Assembly (NCBI GenBank): GCA_965649765.1
Contig: OZ287749.1
Coordinates: forward strand, 76,322,001-76,386,000
DNA length: 64,000 nucleotides
Origin: Bispira polyomma
Taxonomy: Eukaryota
Reading direction: 5' to 3'
Shown: positions 13,401 through 24,924 of the stretch, piece by piece
How the letters are laid out: each line of letters starts with the position of its first letter
Position numbering within the stretch: the first letter of the stretch is position 1
The notes under the pieces: generated by a model
What the model was told of the DNA's origin: nothing
Database searches by the model: none
Seen by the model: the letters and a program-made list of their open reading frames with translations, nothing else
Program-made: the position numbers and the translations under genes

Positions 13401-16400
13401 AGCGATAATATCCTGGTTAGAAATATTTACGTAAAATCCTTTTCAAGAAATTCTCTCCAGGTATAATTTATTTGTATTTTGAAGATATTGATCAACTCTT
13501 TTGTTATATTTTAGGAAATACTGACATTTATATGCCCCCACTTGCACATGTTTCTCTTAATTCATGTACACAATCGTATGTAGCCCTACAGTTAATAAAC
13601 ATAAGTATTTCTTATTGTACAACCACTTGAAATAAAAGACAAATTGGAAGTCCCCAAGATATTATATAAAAAAGACTCTATAGAAATGTCTTTACTTTAG
13701 AATCGTTGTCCACTTACTAATAAAAAATGTTTAAAAAAAATACATTATAATTATAAAAGTGTAATCATGATATCTAAATTTGCACCTGTCTTGATGGCAT
13801 CATAGTGCTTTGCTGTTATTGCTCCTGTTACATGGAACAAGTTTTCACAACAGACTGTTAGTTCACAGGATATAATCACTGGTTTTAGAACTTAGACATA
13901 CCTTTTCAGGCTGGCCGAACCACCCCCCTCGCCCCCTCCCTTCTATACTACTCCTTAGTTTCCCCTGGTTGGATGCCTGTTGGTAACCACCTTTTTGCTC
14001 GGCCTTGGACTTTCCTTTTTGTTTGGATATCATCACCTTAAGAGGCGCCTTATAAATGCTTCAACTATAATAAGCACCATCAGGGTAAATATATTGCATT
14101 GTGTGTCAATACCTTGATCTTTACATGCCCCACACTTGAGGTTGGACTGTTGACAGCCACATTTAGTGGACAAAGACCCATCATGGTGTTCTTCCAGTAG
14201 ACACTGCTCCTCCATACCACAATGACTTGGACAGGGAGCTGTTGAAAGGAACCATAGTTTTTACTCTACTGCCTTGCTAGATATTTTCGTCATCAGCAAC
14301 ATAAACATACTTTTAATTAAAGCAAAGACGTGGAAATTATATATTAACTGTTACAGGTCAATATATCACAACAATACCAAAACATAGAATTTTATTCAAT
14401 TTAATTGCATTTAATATTTTTAAGTAATTTTGAAGGTGTAGCATATTTAAGGAGGCTAATGTTAAGTATTGTAGAATACAATATTATTGAAATAGACAAT
14501 ATGTTTGAGCACACTAGCAAGAACAAAATTTCCCACAGACACACTTTAACATATATTAAAGGTGCATTTGTAAAATCTAAAGAGAAGAAAAATCTTATAC
14601 AATATCATTACAATTAACAATTCTCAGAAAACCATCAAAGACAATACTTACTCACAGACAGATAATTTCCTTTTTTAAATTATGTTAAAATGTTTTACTT
14701 ATAGAAATCTAACATTAAGTATTCTACCGTACATTATTATTGTAATTAGAGTAAGGAATCTAAAATTAGCAACCCCAAAAATTTAGGTCAAACTAATAAA
14801 AACTGGCAAAAATTAACTGGAATTTAGGTAAGTAATAGTCACAAAAATCTCAATTTTAGCAAATATTACCACACAATACTACCAAAAGCACAACACTTTC
14901 TATATTTCTTAAGGAGCGAATATACCTGGCTGATTTTGCGTCCAAATCCCTCATCTGTTTTAGACATCCGGAAAAAATTAAAATAAAATAAAATAGAAAA
15001 ATAGATATACATGACCGGCGGCACATCCGAATCAGCAGCCAAAATTTTCGAAATCGGTCAAAAACCAAATTTTTACATCTGAACACTTAAGTAGTAACAA
15101 TACTCAACAATAAAAAAACAGCCAGTTTTTTATATGTAGTGTATCTGCAAACTTGGACATCAGATGGCGGAAATGGACATTGGATGATGGACTGACGTAA
15201 AATCGGCCAGGTCTATTCGCCTCTTAACTCCACTATTATTTAGCACAATATCAAGAATGTATTTACTCACGGACACATCTTTCTTCACTGTGTGGCTTTC
15301 CCCTTCCTTTACCTCTGTTGGCTTTTCTTTTCAAGCCATTTAGTTTTTTGTGTACGACACACACGTATTCCACTTCGAGGTACTTGTAGGTATGTCTACA
15401 TGGGTCCCCAAAGTATTTAGAGTCTGCTATGAGCACACACATCTTCATATTGTTACAACGACACTGAACTATGCCTTTTGCAGCTGGACTGTAGCAATTT
15501 GTATCATCCATATGATTTCTGTTAAAAGGGGTAAAAAAACACACACATTATCAATGATTTAGCTATAACTGAAGTTGTTTTTTCATCTTTAAAGTTTAAC
15601 ACACAAAACATATGTATTAATTTGTATTTATATTGTGATTAATTAAATGTTTCTAGATTCACAAACATATTTTTCTGTATATGTTACACAATCCATAATA
15701 ATTTTTATTTTAAAAAACAAACTTGCAGCCAAAGCTTCATTATTTAAAGAAATTAAGAAACAAAGTGTCTGTTCGGATAATAGAACACTCATAAAATAGA
15801 CAATGCATCTAAAAGTGCAAAACGATAGGAAAGCATAAAATCTGGAATAGTGAAAATGAGTTCATAATTTAACTAAAATATTTGGAAAATAGAAGTTCGG
15901 ATAAAAGAGGTTCTATTGCATATATTTTAAACAAGTGACAAACTAATTGTACCATAATTATGAAAAAGGGAAATGTAGTTTTACAGAATTCTAGACAAAA
16001 CTTTATCATTTTAACACTAATCACCAAAGTGGCAATTTAACAATGATCATCAAAGTGGCAATGGTGAAAACATGGATAGAGCAACAAAATAATCACCTGG
16101 CTTACAAACATATATTATCATGTATCAGGAGGTTTTTTAAGACAGGATTGAGAAGGAATTTTACACAGCATGGATTGTACCTGTTAGTAGGGCAGACTTC
16201 ATTATCTGATTGTGTCCTGCCAAAGTTAGAATCAATAACTCGGATGACTGATCCAGATGGACATTTCAGCTTCATTTTTCCCTGGTTCTCACACAAAATT
16301 GCAATATTTGGCTGGCACTGGGTGTCTATATAATGTAACAATAGAAATATGATAAACTTGTTTTTAACATAATTTGTATAAGTAAGGTTGACCATTGAAT

Positions 16401-17758
16401 GTATTGTATAATACAGTCTTACAGAACAATTCATGTTCAAAGAAAAAGCAAGTTTCTCAAGCGACTGAATTTTCCCTTATTATAGTACTCTTATAAATTA
16501 TTTTCATTTGCGAACACTCTGTCAACATTAAATATCTGATGTGCATAAAATAATACTATGCAGCAATAAATTACATTAATGATTTGAGTAACAGACGGAA
16601 TGGCAAATGTGGTATGATCTAGTGTTTTTACAATATATTAAAATGGACTTGCAGCAATTAAGGGTCTAGCATGGTCTTGGTCAACTATGCACAGCAATGA
16701 TTTAGAATAAAGCCAGGCTTTCTGATGATTTACGTAGGGCATACAAGGGGAGATACAATATTGTTAAAGTAACCATACTGACAAGGGGCAGTGGCAGGCA
16801 GGCTGTGTACAATAATAGTTAGCTATATAATTATATATATGTTGATGTAGTAAAGTACTACTTGGCCCATGCATGTATGTACTTAACCACATAATTTAAG
16901 TAATTATGTAAGAATGACGTTATTGGTGTCAAAGTTTAATGGTTGATATTTATCTACTTTATGTTAAAATCTCTGAATATATGCTCTATCTAAATATAAA
17001 TATTGTTACTTTAACACAAAAATTTAAAAAAAATGTTTTTGAAATGTTTACAAATAATATCTATGTTATAGGAGACACAAATTGAGATATGTCTTAATTA
17101 AATTCCAATAGTATTATAAAGCATCAAACTTACATGGGTTGGGGAATCTATGCCTTGGCCTTCCCTTGGAGCCATGAGAACCCTTCCCTCTTGCCTTCAT
17201 CAAGTCCTCCAGCACGTCTTGTTTCATTTTCTTCTCTTTTTTACTTTTACTCCAACTAGAACTACTACTTGAACTACTGCTAGATTTGCCGCCATCTTTG
17301 GATTTTCGACGACTTCCGCCGTCGTCATGATGACGTCCCTTTCTGACGTCACTATCGTGTTTCTTGTGGCTAAAAGAACTACTAGATTTGCTATGTTTAC
17401 TATGGACACTTTTACTGTGGTCCTTGTGATGTTTACTTTTGTCATGCTTTTCGTTATCTTTGTCATCCTTATGATAACTGGATTGAGCTTTTGGTGAGTA
17501 TTTTCCCCCACCTAATGAAGCGTGGTTGTCTTTATGGTTTTTACTTTTGCCATTCTTTTCTTTATCTGTGTCATCCTTATGATGACTGGATTTAGCTTTT
17601 GGAGAGGATTTCCCCCCACCCAATGAAGCATGGCCTTTTTTATTTGATTTTCCGCCTTTACTTTGATGTTGCCCTCTTTTTGCTGCAGATAATTCTATCA
17701 GTACTACTGCCAATATGACAGTTATTATCAGAAGGCGTACAGGTGACAGCCAAGACAT
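860..17758 (-). CDS. Secreted multidomain protein of the FCGBP/zonadhesin/tectorin-like VWD class: signal peptide, K/S/H-rich region, SUEL lectin, Cys-rich linker, VWD-C8-TIL-TILa, Ly6-like module, TSP1 (about 930-970 aa)
   Basis: Exons (minus strand): 17134-17758, 16181-16325, 15271-15518, 14113-14238, 11124-11368, 9700-9857, 8859-9005, 8129-8409, 7399-7601, 6177-6312, 5150-5277, 2872-3052, 860-1030. All have GT donors and AG acceptors and join in compatible phases. Motifs: signal MSWLSPVRLLIITVILAVVLIELSAA; SUEL lectin LCENQ..LKCP..NFGR..C / FGDPC..TYKYLEVEYVC; VWD CSASGDPHYKTFDG, GICGNMNGD, IGNSWKV; C8 DCSYDC..AAC..C..WR; TIL CP..SGCPATC..C..CVC..G; TSP1 DCVWGPWNAIGGCSKTCGAGTQTFRR..GGKPC. 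Confidence 0.85.
3116..3359. mobile_element. MITE with terminal inverted repeats (GGCCGTATTC-type family)
   Basis: CAGTGGCCGTATTCTC at the left end vs GAGAATATGGCCTCTG at the right end. Related TIR elements at 5611-5859 and about 9880-10011. Confidence 0.6.
3943..4709 (+). mobile_element. Solo LTR (767 bp) in an intron of the VWD gene
   Basis: Termini TGTTAC...GTAACA, perfect 5-bp TSD TGGTT (3938-3942 and 4710-4714), internal TATA (about 4134-4143) and AATAAA (about 4617-4622). Confidence 0.8.
5611..5859. mobile_element. MITE with terminal inverted repeats
   Basis: GACCATATTCACAAAAGGT vs ACCTTTTGTAAATATGGTC; internal palindromic CTTAAG-type repeats. Confidence 0.6.
5976..6134. mobile_element. 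Tc1/mariner (pogo/Tigger-like) MITE
   Basis: TA|CAGTAGAACCTCTAT left end, degenerate ATAGAGGTT right end, internal GTTCAGATAATAGAAG repeats shared with 9448-9640. Confidence 0.6.
9448..9640. mobile_element. Tc1/mariner (pogo/Tigger-like) MITE
   Basis: TA|CAATAGAACCT ... AGGTTCTACTG|TA: TIRs with TA TSD. Further degenerate copies at about 10055-10289 and 15765-15920. Confidence 0.7.
12572..13285. repeat. Diverged direct duplication of a ~170-200 bp AT-rich block in intron 4
   Basis: AATAAAA..GCTACACTGACAA.GTTTG..TTTT.TA.ATG.CACAT.ATCAGTCATAAAATC occurs at about 12575 and about 13125, both followed by similar ..AAATGTTATCACA. Confidence 0.7.
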
Positions 17759-18037
17759 GTTCTGAAAAATTTCACTCTATTGTAAAACAATTTTACTTCA
17801 TTAGCTGTACCAATCACATTCGTTTTTAACTTAGCAGAAATTTGATTAATAAATTGCAACTAAAATTGACATTTTTAAGTTGTTTAAAGCAAAATTACAT
17901 GCATAATTGTATAAAGGAACCAAAAACATTAGCGTGCATAAATATAATAGAACATTACATCTGTATTATTTGGGGTAAAACCCTCAAACCCCAATCTAAA
18001 ATTTTGGGGCGAGAAAGTAAGAATCCTGACGTCATAA

Positions 18038-18391
18038 CTGGATTCAATATTAGTAATCATGTCCATCCTTTCATCATTGAAATTAAATAGGAAGCCACCA
18101 CAATATGTTGATTTGTTTGACCCAACTGGATGTGTGACTAAACTGGCTTATGTTGGTAATCATGTCCACCCTTTGATTAATCAAAGCAAATAGGAAGCCA
18201 TGACCAAATGTTGATTTGTTTGACCTAACTGGATGTGTAATTAAATAGCTTAACTGGCTTTAGTGTTGGGTAATCATGTCCACCCTTTGAATAATGAAAT
18301 AGTAAGCCACAGCTCTAAGTTGATCTGTTTGTTCTAACTGGATGTGTGATTAGGCAGGTAACTGGCTTTAGTGTTGGTAATCAGGTCCACC
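18038..18391. repeat. Tandem repeat, unit about 103-112 bp, about 3.3 copies, upstream of the VWD gene start codon
   Basis: Unit ACTGGCTT..TGTTGGTAATCATGTCCACCCTTTGA..AATAGGAAGCCA..GTTGATTTGTTTGACC.AACTGGATGTGT starts at about 18038, 18142, 18253 and 18361. Confidence 0.85.
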
Positions 18392-18624
18392 AATAGAAGA
18401 GTGACTAAATGCTAAATATTTATAATATTACAATTTTTTTAAATAAATTAAAAATACTGAATATATAATAATAATAACAATATCTTTTTATGTTTGTTGA
18501 TACAAAATATAGTTTGTGTGCTATGTAAATTTTGTAGCCAGTTTAAGGAGTAAGAGAAAAGTCACTGAAATGTAATTTTATAAATATCTTTTCATATTCT
18601 ATTATATTATGTTCCTGTATACAA

Positions 18625-18810
18625 AATCTTAAGTTATGCTAGTTTTGCATTTTAATCCAATCTCAAGTTGGGCTGGTTTTCCTAGCCAATCTTAAGTTGG
18701 GCTAGCCCATCTTAAGATGGACTGACCCATCTTAAGATAGGCTGCCAAACTTAGGATCCTAAGTTGGGCTATAGCCCATCTTAAGATTGGCCAAATCGGA
18801 AGTTGGGCTC
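18625..18810. repeat. Array of short palindromic units (CCCATCTTAAGATGGG/CTTAAGTTGGGCT), probably a MITE interior
   Basis: About 8 self-complementary CTTAAG-centred units within 190 bp. Confidence 0.6.
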
Positions 18811-20265
18811 CAACATTGATATTGATATTGCTGAAGTAAAATCTTCAACAAAAAAATGTTAAATCATTCCAATATATATGCTTTAAATTAGGTGAATTTA
18901 TTATTACCTATAATTGTAAATTCATTTGCCAGACATAATAATGAAAGTTTTTGACTATGAGCAAACATACTAAAACAACAGGCTTGTTTTACATTAACGT
19001 ATCAATAGCTTGATGAATACAAATGAAACATGGAAAACTTGAAGATTTGTAAACAGCCTGAAAATCATTGTTTCTACTGGATAATTGATAACTAATCATT
19101 TAAGAAAAAAATACTTTTCCGTATAAAAAACACATTAATACACTTTTCATATGGCATCATGGTCAGACCGGTTCAATTGCTTCCAACCAAACCGTGAAGC
19201 CCTAATATACATGTCATTTTCAAAGATGGCGTCTATAATATATAATTGTATAATATATAGATGTATGTATCGTGGTTAATTATATGAAACATATAATTGA
19301 TTGTATTGTTATACATTTGTTTTCATGTGAGCCATCGTCTACAGCATCCGAATTAGTCAAACATGTCCCTCACAACATGGCCAGGGTATTCATCTGTAGG
19401 CAATGGCATGTCCAAATCTTGCCAAAGGAATATTATCCCACCAATGAACCTAGCGGCATTAGTAGGCGTGGAAGGGGCAACCTTGTGATCACTAAACTCT
19501 CTAACTACTAGGCCACGGGGGAGCACAATCATTATCTTCATACTTATCTGTCAAATGAAGTGTGAACATGTTGATTAATGATTATTATATATATATCCTT
19601 ATCTGTCAAATAAAGTGTGAATATGTAAATTAGTGATCCTTACCTACATACTTATATCTGCCAAATTTAAAATAAACATGATAATTAGTGATTGTTATCT
19701 ACATACATGTACTTATCTGTCAAATTACTGTTGGTCCAAAGAAATCGTCAACAATCGATTCTCTCCTTCCACTTACTCCAACGAAATAGTGAAAGAACAC
19801 CTCCAGAAAGGGTATATATTTAAACCACTGCCCATCAATCATTCATTACGTCGCTGAGGGGAGGAGCTTTAATGGATAATGATGGGAATTTTATGTGGGG
19901 CTGGCATCAATGTGTCAGTCAGTTGAATAGCTGGTTGTCATTCTATATCTTATCTATCATCTACGTCAGTTTGACAATTAATCTATATGTTAATTCTTGT
20001 TTTGAACGTTAGACTGACATGTGACAAGAACGATTTTAAAGCATATAATAATTATGATCTAAGATTTTGTAGCTTTACAGACCACAATGATTTTCTGCTG
20101 TTTTGGGTGGTTGTTTTTTTTTTTGCTGTTTTTGTAGAAGAAAATACACAGAATGTTTATAAAGTTAGTTCCTCATCTATCATCTTAAAAATCACCAATA
20201 AACAATTTTTTGTTAAACATACCATCTCTTACTGACGTGGAATTATCATGTCCTTAGCTAGTCTT

Positions 20266-20590
20266 TACAGAAGCCTATACAGGTCATACAGAAAAAAATT
20301 ATCTCGTAATTACAAGATAGTGCTTTCTCGTAATTTTAACATAACACCCTCTCATAATTTCAAGATAGTGTATCTCGTCATTTCAAGACAACCTTATGTT
20401 GAAATTACGAGATGGCACAATGTTGAAATTACGAGATAGCACAATATTGTAATTTCAACATATATCTCGTAATTGTGAGATAGCGCTATCTTGTAATTAT
20501 AAGAGAGCATTATGTTGAAATTACAAGATGGTAGTATGTTGAAATTACGAGATAGCAATTTTCTTTGTATGACCTATATAGGCTTTTGTA
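20266..20590. mobile_element. Non-autonomous DNA transposon, IS3EU-like MITE
   Basis: TIRs TACAGAAGCCTATACAGGTCATACA / TGTATGACCTATATAGGCTTTTGTA, 6-bp TSD AGTCTT (20260-20265, 20591-20596), interior of ~21-bp TATCTCGTAATTTCAA(C/G)ATA repeats in both orientations. TAY..RTA ends with a 6-bp TSD fit the IS3EU superfamily as I recall its definition. Confidence 0.7.
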
Positions 20591-20852
20591 AGTCTTAGAT
20601 TTGACTACTGTATTTCAGTAAACCACACGTTTACCAACAAGCATAATTAAAATACAGCTGTAACTTTGTGTAACTACCTCAGTCAAAATCACTTATATAT
20701 TAGTTACAATTTTGGTAAACCATGCAATAGTAAATGAGTACAACCATAATGAAAAAAATACAGGTGTAACTTTGTGGCTTTGACAAAGTGGTTTTTTAAT
20801 CAAAGCAAATCAACTATTGGGTGAATTTAACAATATACTTTTTCATATTGGA

Positions 20853-21110
20853 TTTGAATTTTAATATTTAACGTCCACTCTAGTACCTTTAATTTGGTTA
20901 TATTAGGACGGATAGTTGGAATGCTGGAGGAAACACTGCGTACAGTTGGTCAAGGTTCTGCACTGAAACCAGTGGCCTACAGTAAGGAACTACCACCTTT
21001 CCCACATAGACATCGACAGGAGGCGAACTTGCGACCATTCGATGTCCAGAGGTGAGAGACCAGAGATTGTGAAGCACAATGCTTGCTAACCATCAGGCCA
21101 CTGCGGCCCC
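20853..21110 (-). mobile_element. tRNA-derived SINE, full length
   Basis: Reverse complement of the 54560 SINE (GGGGCCGCAGTGGCC...GTGGACGTTAAATAT); approximate TSD TTTCAT(A/G)TTGGA. Confidence 0.85.
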
Positions 21111-24100
21111 TCTGTTTCATGTTGGAAACCTAATCAAGGAGTGAAAAAACGACAATGCCAAAAAGTAAAACTCGATGTGCATTTCATCATAACTTCACTC
21201 GCAAATTCAATTTTAATAGATTCTTGTTTGTCCTATGTCTCATTCATTCAGCACATTACATGTAAATCTGGCACTGCGGCTAACAGACTCACCAAGTAAC
21301 ACAGAGGACCTGCATTCGATTCCAGCCTTCACAACCAACTACTTGCAGATGCATAGTGACTCAAGTGACTGCTTAAATTGACCGTTCTCTGTCTTCATAT
21401 GCTATTCCCAGTGGCAGACTCAAGATCATTTGGTATCTTGATGAATAGTCACTCCAAGCCTTTCTCTTCAGTAATGATCGAATGATGCTCAACCGATGAT
21501 ATGGTTGGTTTTTTTAAAGCCAAGAAAAGGTTAATAAGCAGATTGAATAGCAGAAAATGGAAGGTTACTTTAGTATAATTTTAAATACAACAATAAATCA
21601 GTAGTTTTTGTGTAATCCTGGTGACGAAAAAGCAAACCAACCAATGTACACCTGTAAAACACGACCTCTTTGGCAGGGATAATAAGTTCAATTTTTATAG
21701 GTAAGCCTTTGCAGTCAAGGCACATAGCCAGTAGTCAAACCTGAGACTTTTTGATCATCAGATCAACTCCTGGACTACTGGGCCTGGTGAGACCTTACGC
21801 AATTTGATATATTCTTCACTGAAACTAGCCTTGTTTGAGGCAAAGGCGACAATGTCCTTTAATAACACATTCAGTGGGTAACTCCTCTTGATTGAAAAAT
21901 ACTGTCATGTAAAATCTACATAATCAAAGCAAAACATTGCCTTGAAATGACAAACCACATGGTACATATTAGCCACTCACAAATATTTGAGTGATGGATA
22001 GATATCAATCCATCATATCCAAAAACATCCTTCTCTTGAATTTAATATACAGAAAAATAAGGTACCATTAATTTTATTGCCAGTGTGGACAACAAAAACA
22101 TTTTTATGGAGAATAGTTTGATGTCAGACAAAAAGTCTGTCTTTTTTCGTAAAGTGCATCTGTGTAAATCAATATAAGAGAAACAAACACAAGATAAATT
22201 GTTTTTTAAAACCTTCTACCTAAGACAACTGTATCTTATAAAATATATTGACAGAGAGGTTTAATGTGTACAGATGTCAGTATGGAAACAGTACTTAACA
22301 GTAAATGTCCAGTTTGTAACTTAAAACTTATCATTTCATTCTGTTTTTATAATTTTCTTAAGGAATAAGTGAAGAGTACAATTATTTTACATTACTGTTA
22401 GGGCACTCAGTAGAGAACATACCTCCATAAAGCTGTCACAATGCCAACACATTAAAGAGACAAACTCTACCTTTGCTAGTCCGCTTCGCTGCAGAATTCA
22501 ATGAATTTTCTCCATAGGCCAATGTCCCCATTCCTCCACTAAATTTGAGGTCACAAATAGGTTTAGTAATTTTTGTGTAATCTGAGTGACAAACAAACTA
22601 GTCAACTGTTAGAGGTCCTGTTTAGCCTAGCATTAGTTATAGAAATTCAATTTGTACAGTTTAAGAGAAACTTTAAATTTGCCACTGCATTGTGAATATC
22701 ATCAGAGTAGCTGCAAAGTTATATATATTACAACTGTATAGATTTTAAACTATTGAATGATTTGTTGTTTTCGTTATGCCTAGGTTATCTCAACCATAAT
22801 ATTATTTTGACCAAGCTTTTAGAAAAATTGATTTATCTTTGAAAATTTAGTGACACACATACAGCAGCAGGGCTTTGCTTTGCTTTACTGCTACACTTTC
22901 TCTCACAAATGTATACAAGTAAACACCTATTATGTCCATAACCTTGATGTTGGTGTTTTGAAGCTTTCCTTTGTCATATTTATCCATATGACGTATACAT
23001 GGGTGCTGTGTAATGATTTTTGTCTTCACATTATTTTCAGGTCTTTGTGTTTAAACACAGATTATGCATAGGTCATAGAATGATTAAAGTTTGTTATGTT
23101 ATAAGTATTTTTGTTATATTTTTCTTTTAACACCTTTTTATTAATTATGACTTGTATTTACAAAGATTATTATTCTTAATATATTTTATCATCCAATTTT
23201 ATTGACCAATGAATATGATTTAGGCAATTAGATTGCTTAAGTTTGTAGTCTAAGAATATTGCTGAATATTTGATCTATTTTTGCATGTCAAAACAAATTC
23301 ACTGTTCACATGGTATACAAAACAAACCTGAATAATAAGTTTGTGATCTACTTCTAGCCAATAAAGTTTATAGACTCGGTCATCTTCAGTAGTCACTGGC
23401 TAGTTCACATCTTGCTGAAGGATGTTATTTCACCAATAAACTGAGAGCAATCAGCAGGAGTCGGACCCGGGAATAGGTAAATACCAGACAAACTATGGTA
23501 GACCACATACCATGTAACAATTTTATATCTTGGGCAGTAAATAAGCTACCACAGATGGATGATATATTAAATATAATTCTCTTATATAATTCTTCATGTA
23601 ATAAATATTTCTATCTCTTATTAGTATTCCTTAGTTCTTATTTACCATGATATATTGAGTTGGTGGTTCTAATGGCCTATGCAAGGTGTACTCTATAGTA
23701 TAATAACACACCATTGTCAAACCCAGCGATTTCACTGGACCGAACAAGGTCACATGACATGTTATAAAGGCCCTCTGGACTACAGCTGTTTCCACCTGAT
23801 ATTTGACAACTAAATATTTGAGAATAAATGATTTTACAAACAAAAAACAGTATAATAGATGGTTATATATTTAATTATGTGACATTAACAGCTGTTGCAA
23901 CACAGCTGGGCTGTTACAGATATTCTCTGGTCTCAGAAAAGTGTCTTAATATGTACATACACGAGGGTTTCTACAATCAAAATTTCTTCAAATGAAATCT
24001 ATACATTTGTTAATTCATTTAATATTATTAGTAATAGGAGTATACAACAAACAATGTTGTACAAAAAAGATGACACATGTATTCTATTAGATACTACCAA

Positions 24101-24174
24101 TTTTGAAATGGAATTTATTAAATTTATGAAACATACAAGATATTAAATATTATGTTAATGTTAATGATTTTACT

Positions 24175-24440
24175 TCTATAGTGCCACAATCGATGACAAG
24201 GCATCCTCTGTGTGCAAAAAGATAGTCCGGTAGACAGAAAAAGTTTATGATCAGGGTTCAGTTGTGACCAGGAGATGAATGCTGAGGCGGGAAAGTGAGA
24301 TGATACAGATGCTTTTTGAGCTTTTTTCTGTGATGTTTGTCTCAGTCCAAAGACTAGTAGGAAGGCTATTCCACTCAGCAGGTGCTGCAACGAAGAACGA
24401 TTTTAAACCAGCTGATTTTTTTGGTAGGAAACCAGAGTCT
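24175..24440 (-). mobile_element. L2/CR1-clade LINE 3' fragment
   Basis: Translation AGLKSFFVAAPAEWNSLP matches the conserved C-terminal FSVAAPxLWNSLP motif of L2/CR1 ORF2. A related 3'-tail fragment lies at about 28735-28850. Confidence 0.6.
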
Positions 24441-24924
24441 GTTTGCTTAATAATTATGTTCAGCAATAGTTTTGAATGCCACAAAACATTTCTCAATCTA
24501 ATGAGATTTTTTGGTATTTTAGTCAAATATTTACAAAAATGTATACCTTGTATTGGGTTACCATCTTTATCTACCAAGGTACACAATGTACTTTGGTGAA
24601 GAATTTTATTTAAAACGTTTTAAGTATGATTGCTTTATTTGTCTTCCCTTAGTATTGACTGTATTGTCTAGAAACATCAACTAATTTAAATTAAATCATT
24701 TACAATCATTTGTCTCTTTTCACTTGACAATTTAAAACTGATACATTTTTTCATTTAAAATTGATGTATATTTAAAGTCCAATGTCTTCACATTTCAGTG
24801 TTGTAGTTTGTCACACTTACACACATATAATACTAATAATAGATAACTTCTTGGATGGCTCAAACTGTAATACAAAATAAAACACACACACAAATGGAAA
24901 TATGCTAAAATGTTCTGTATGACC

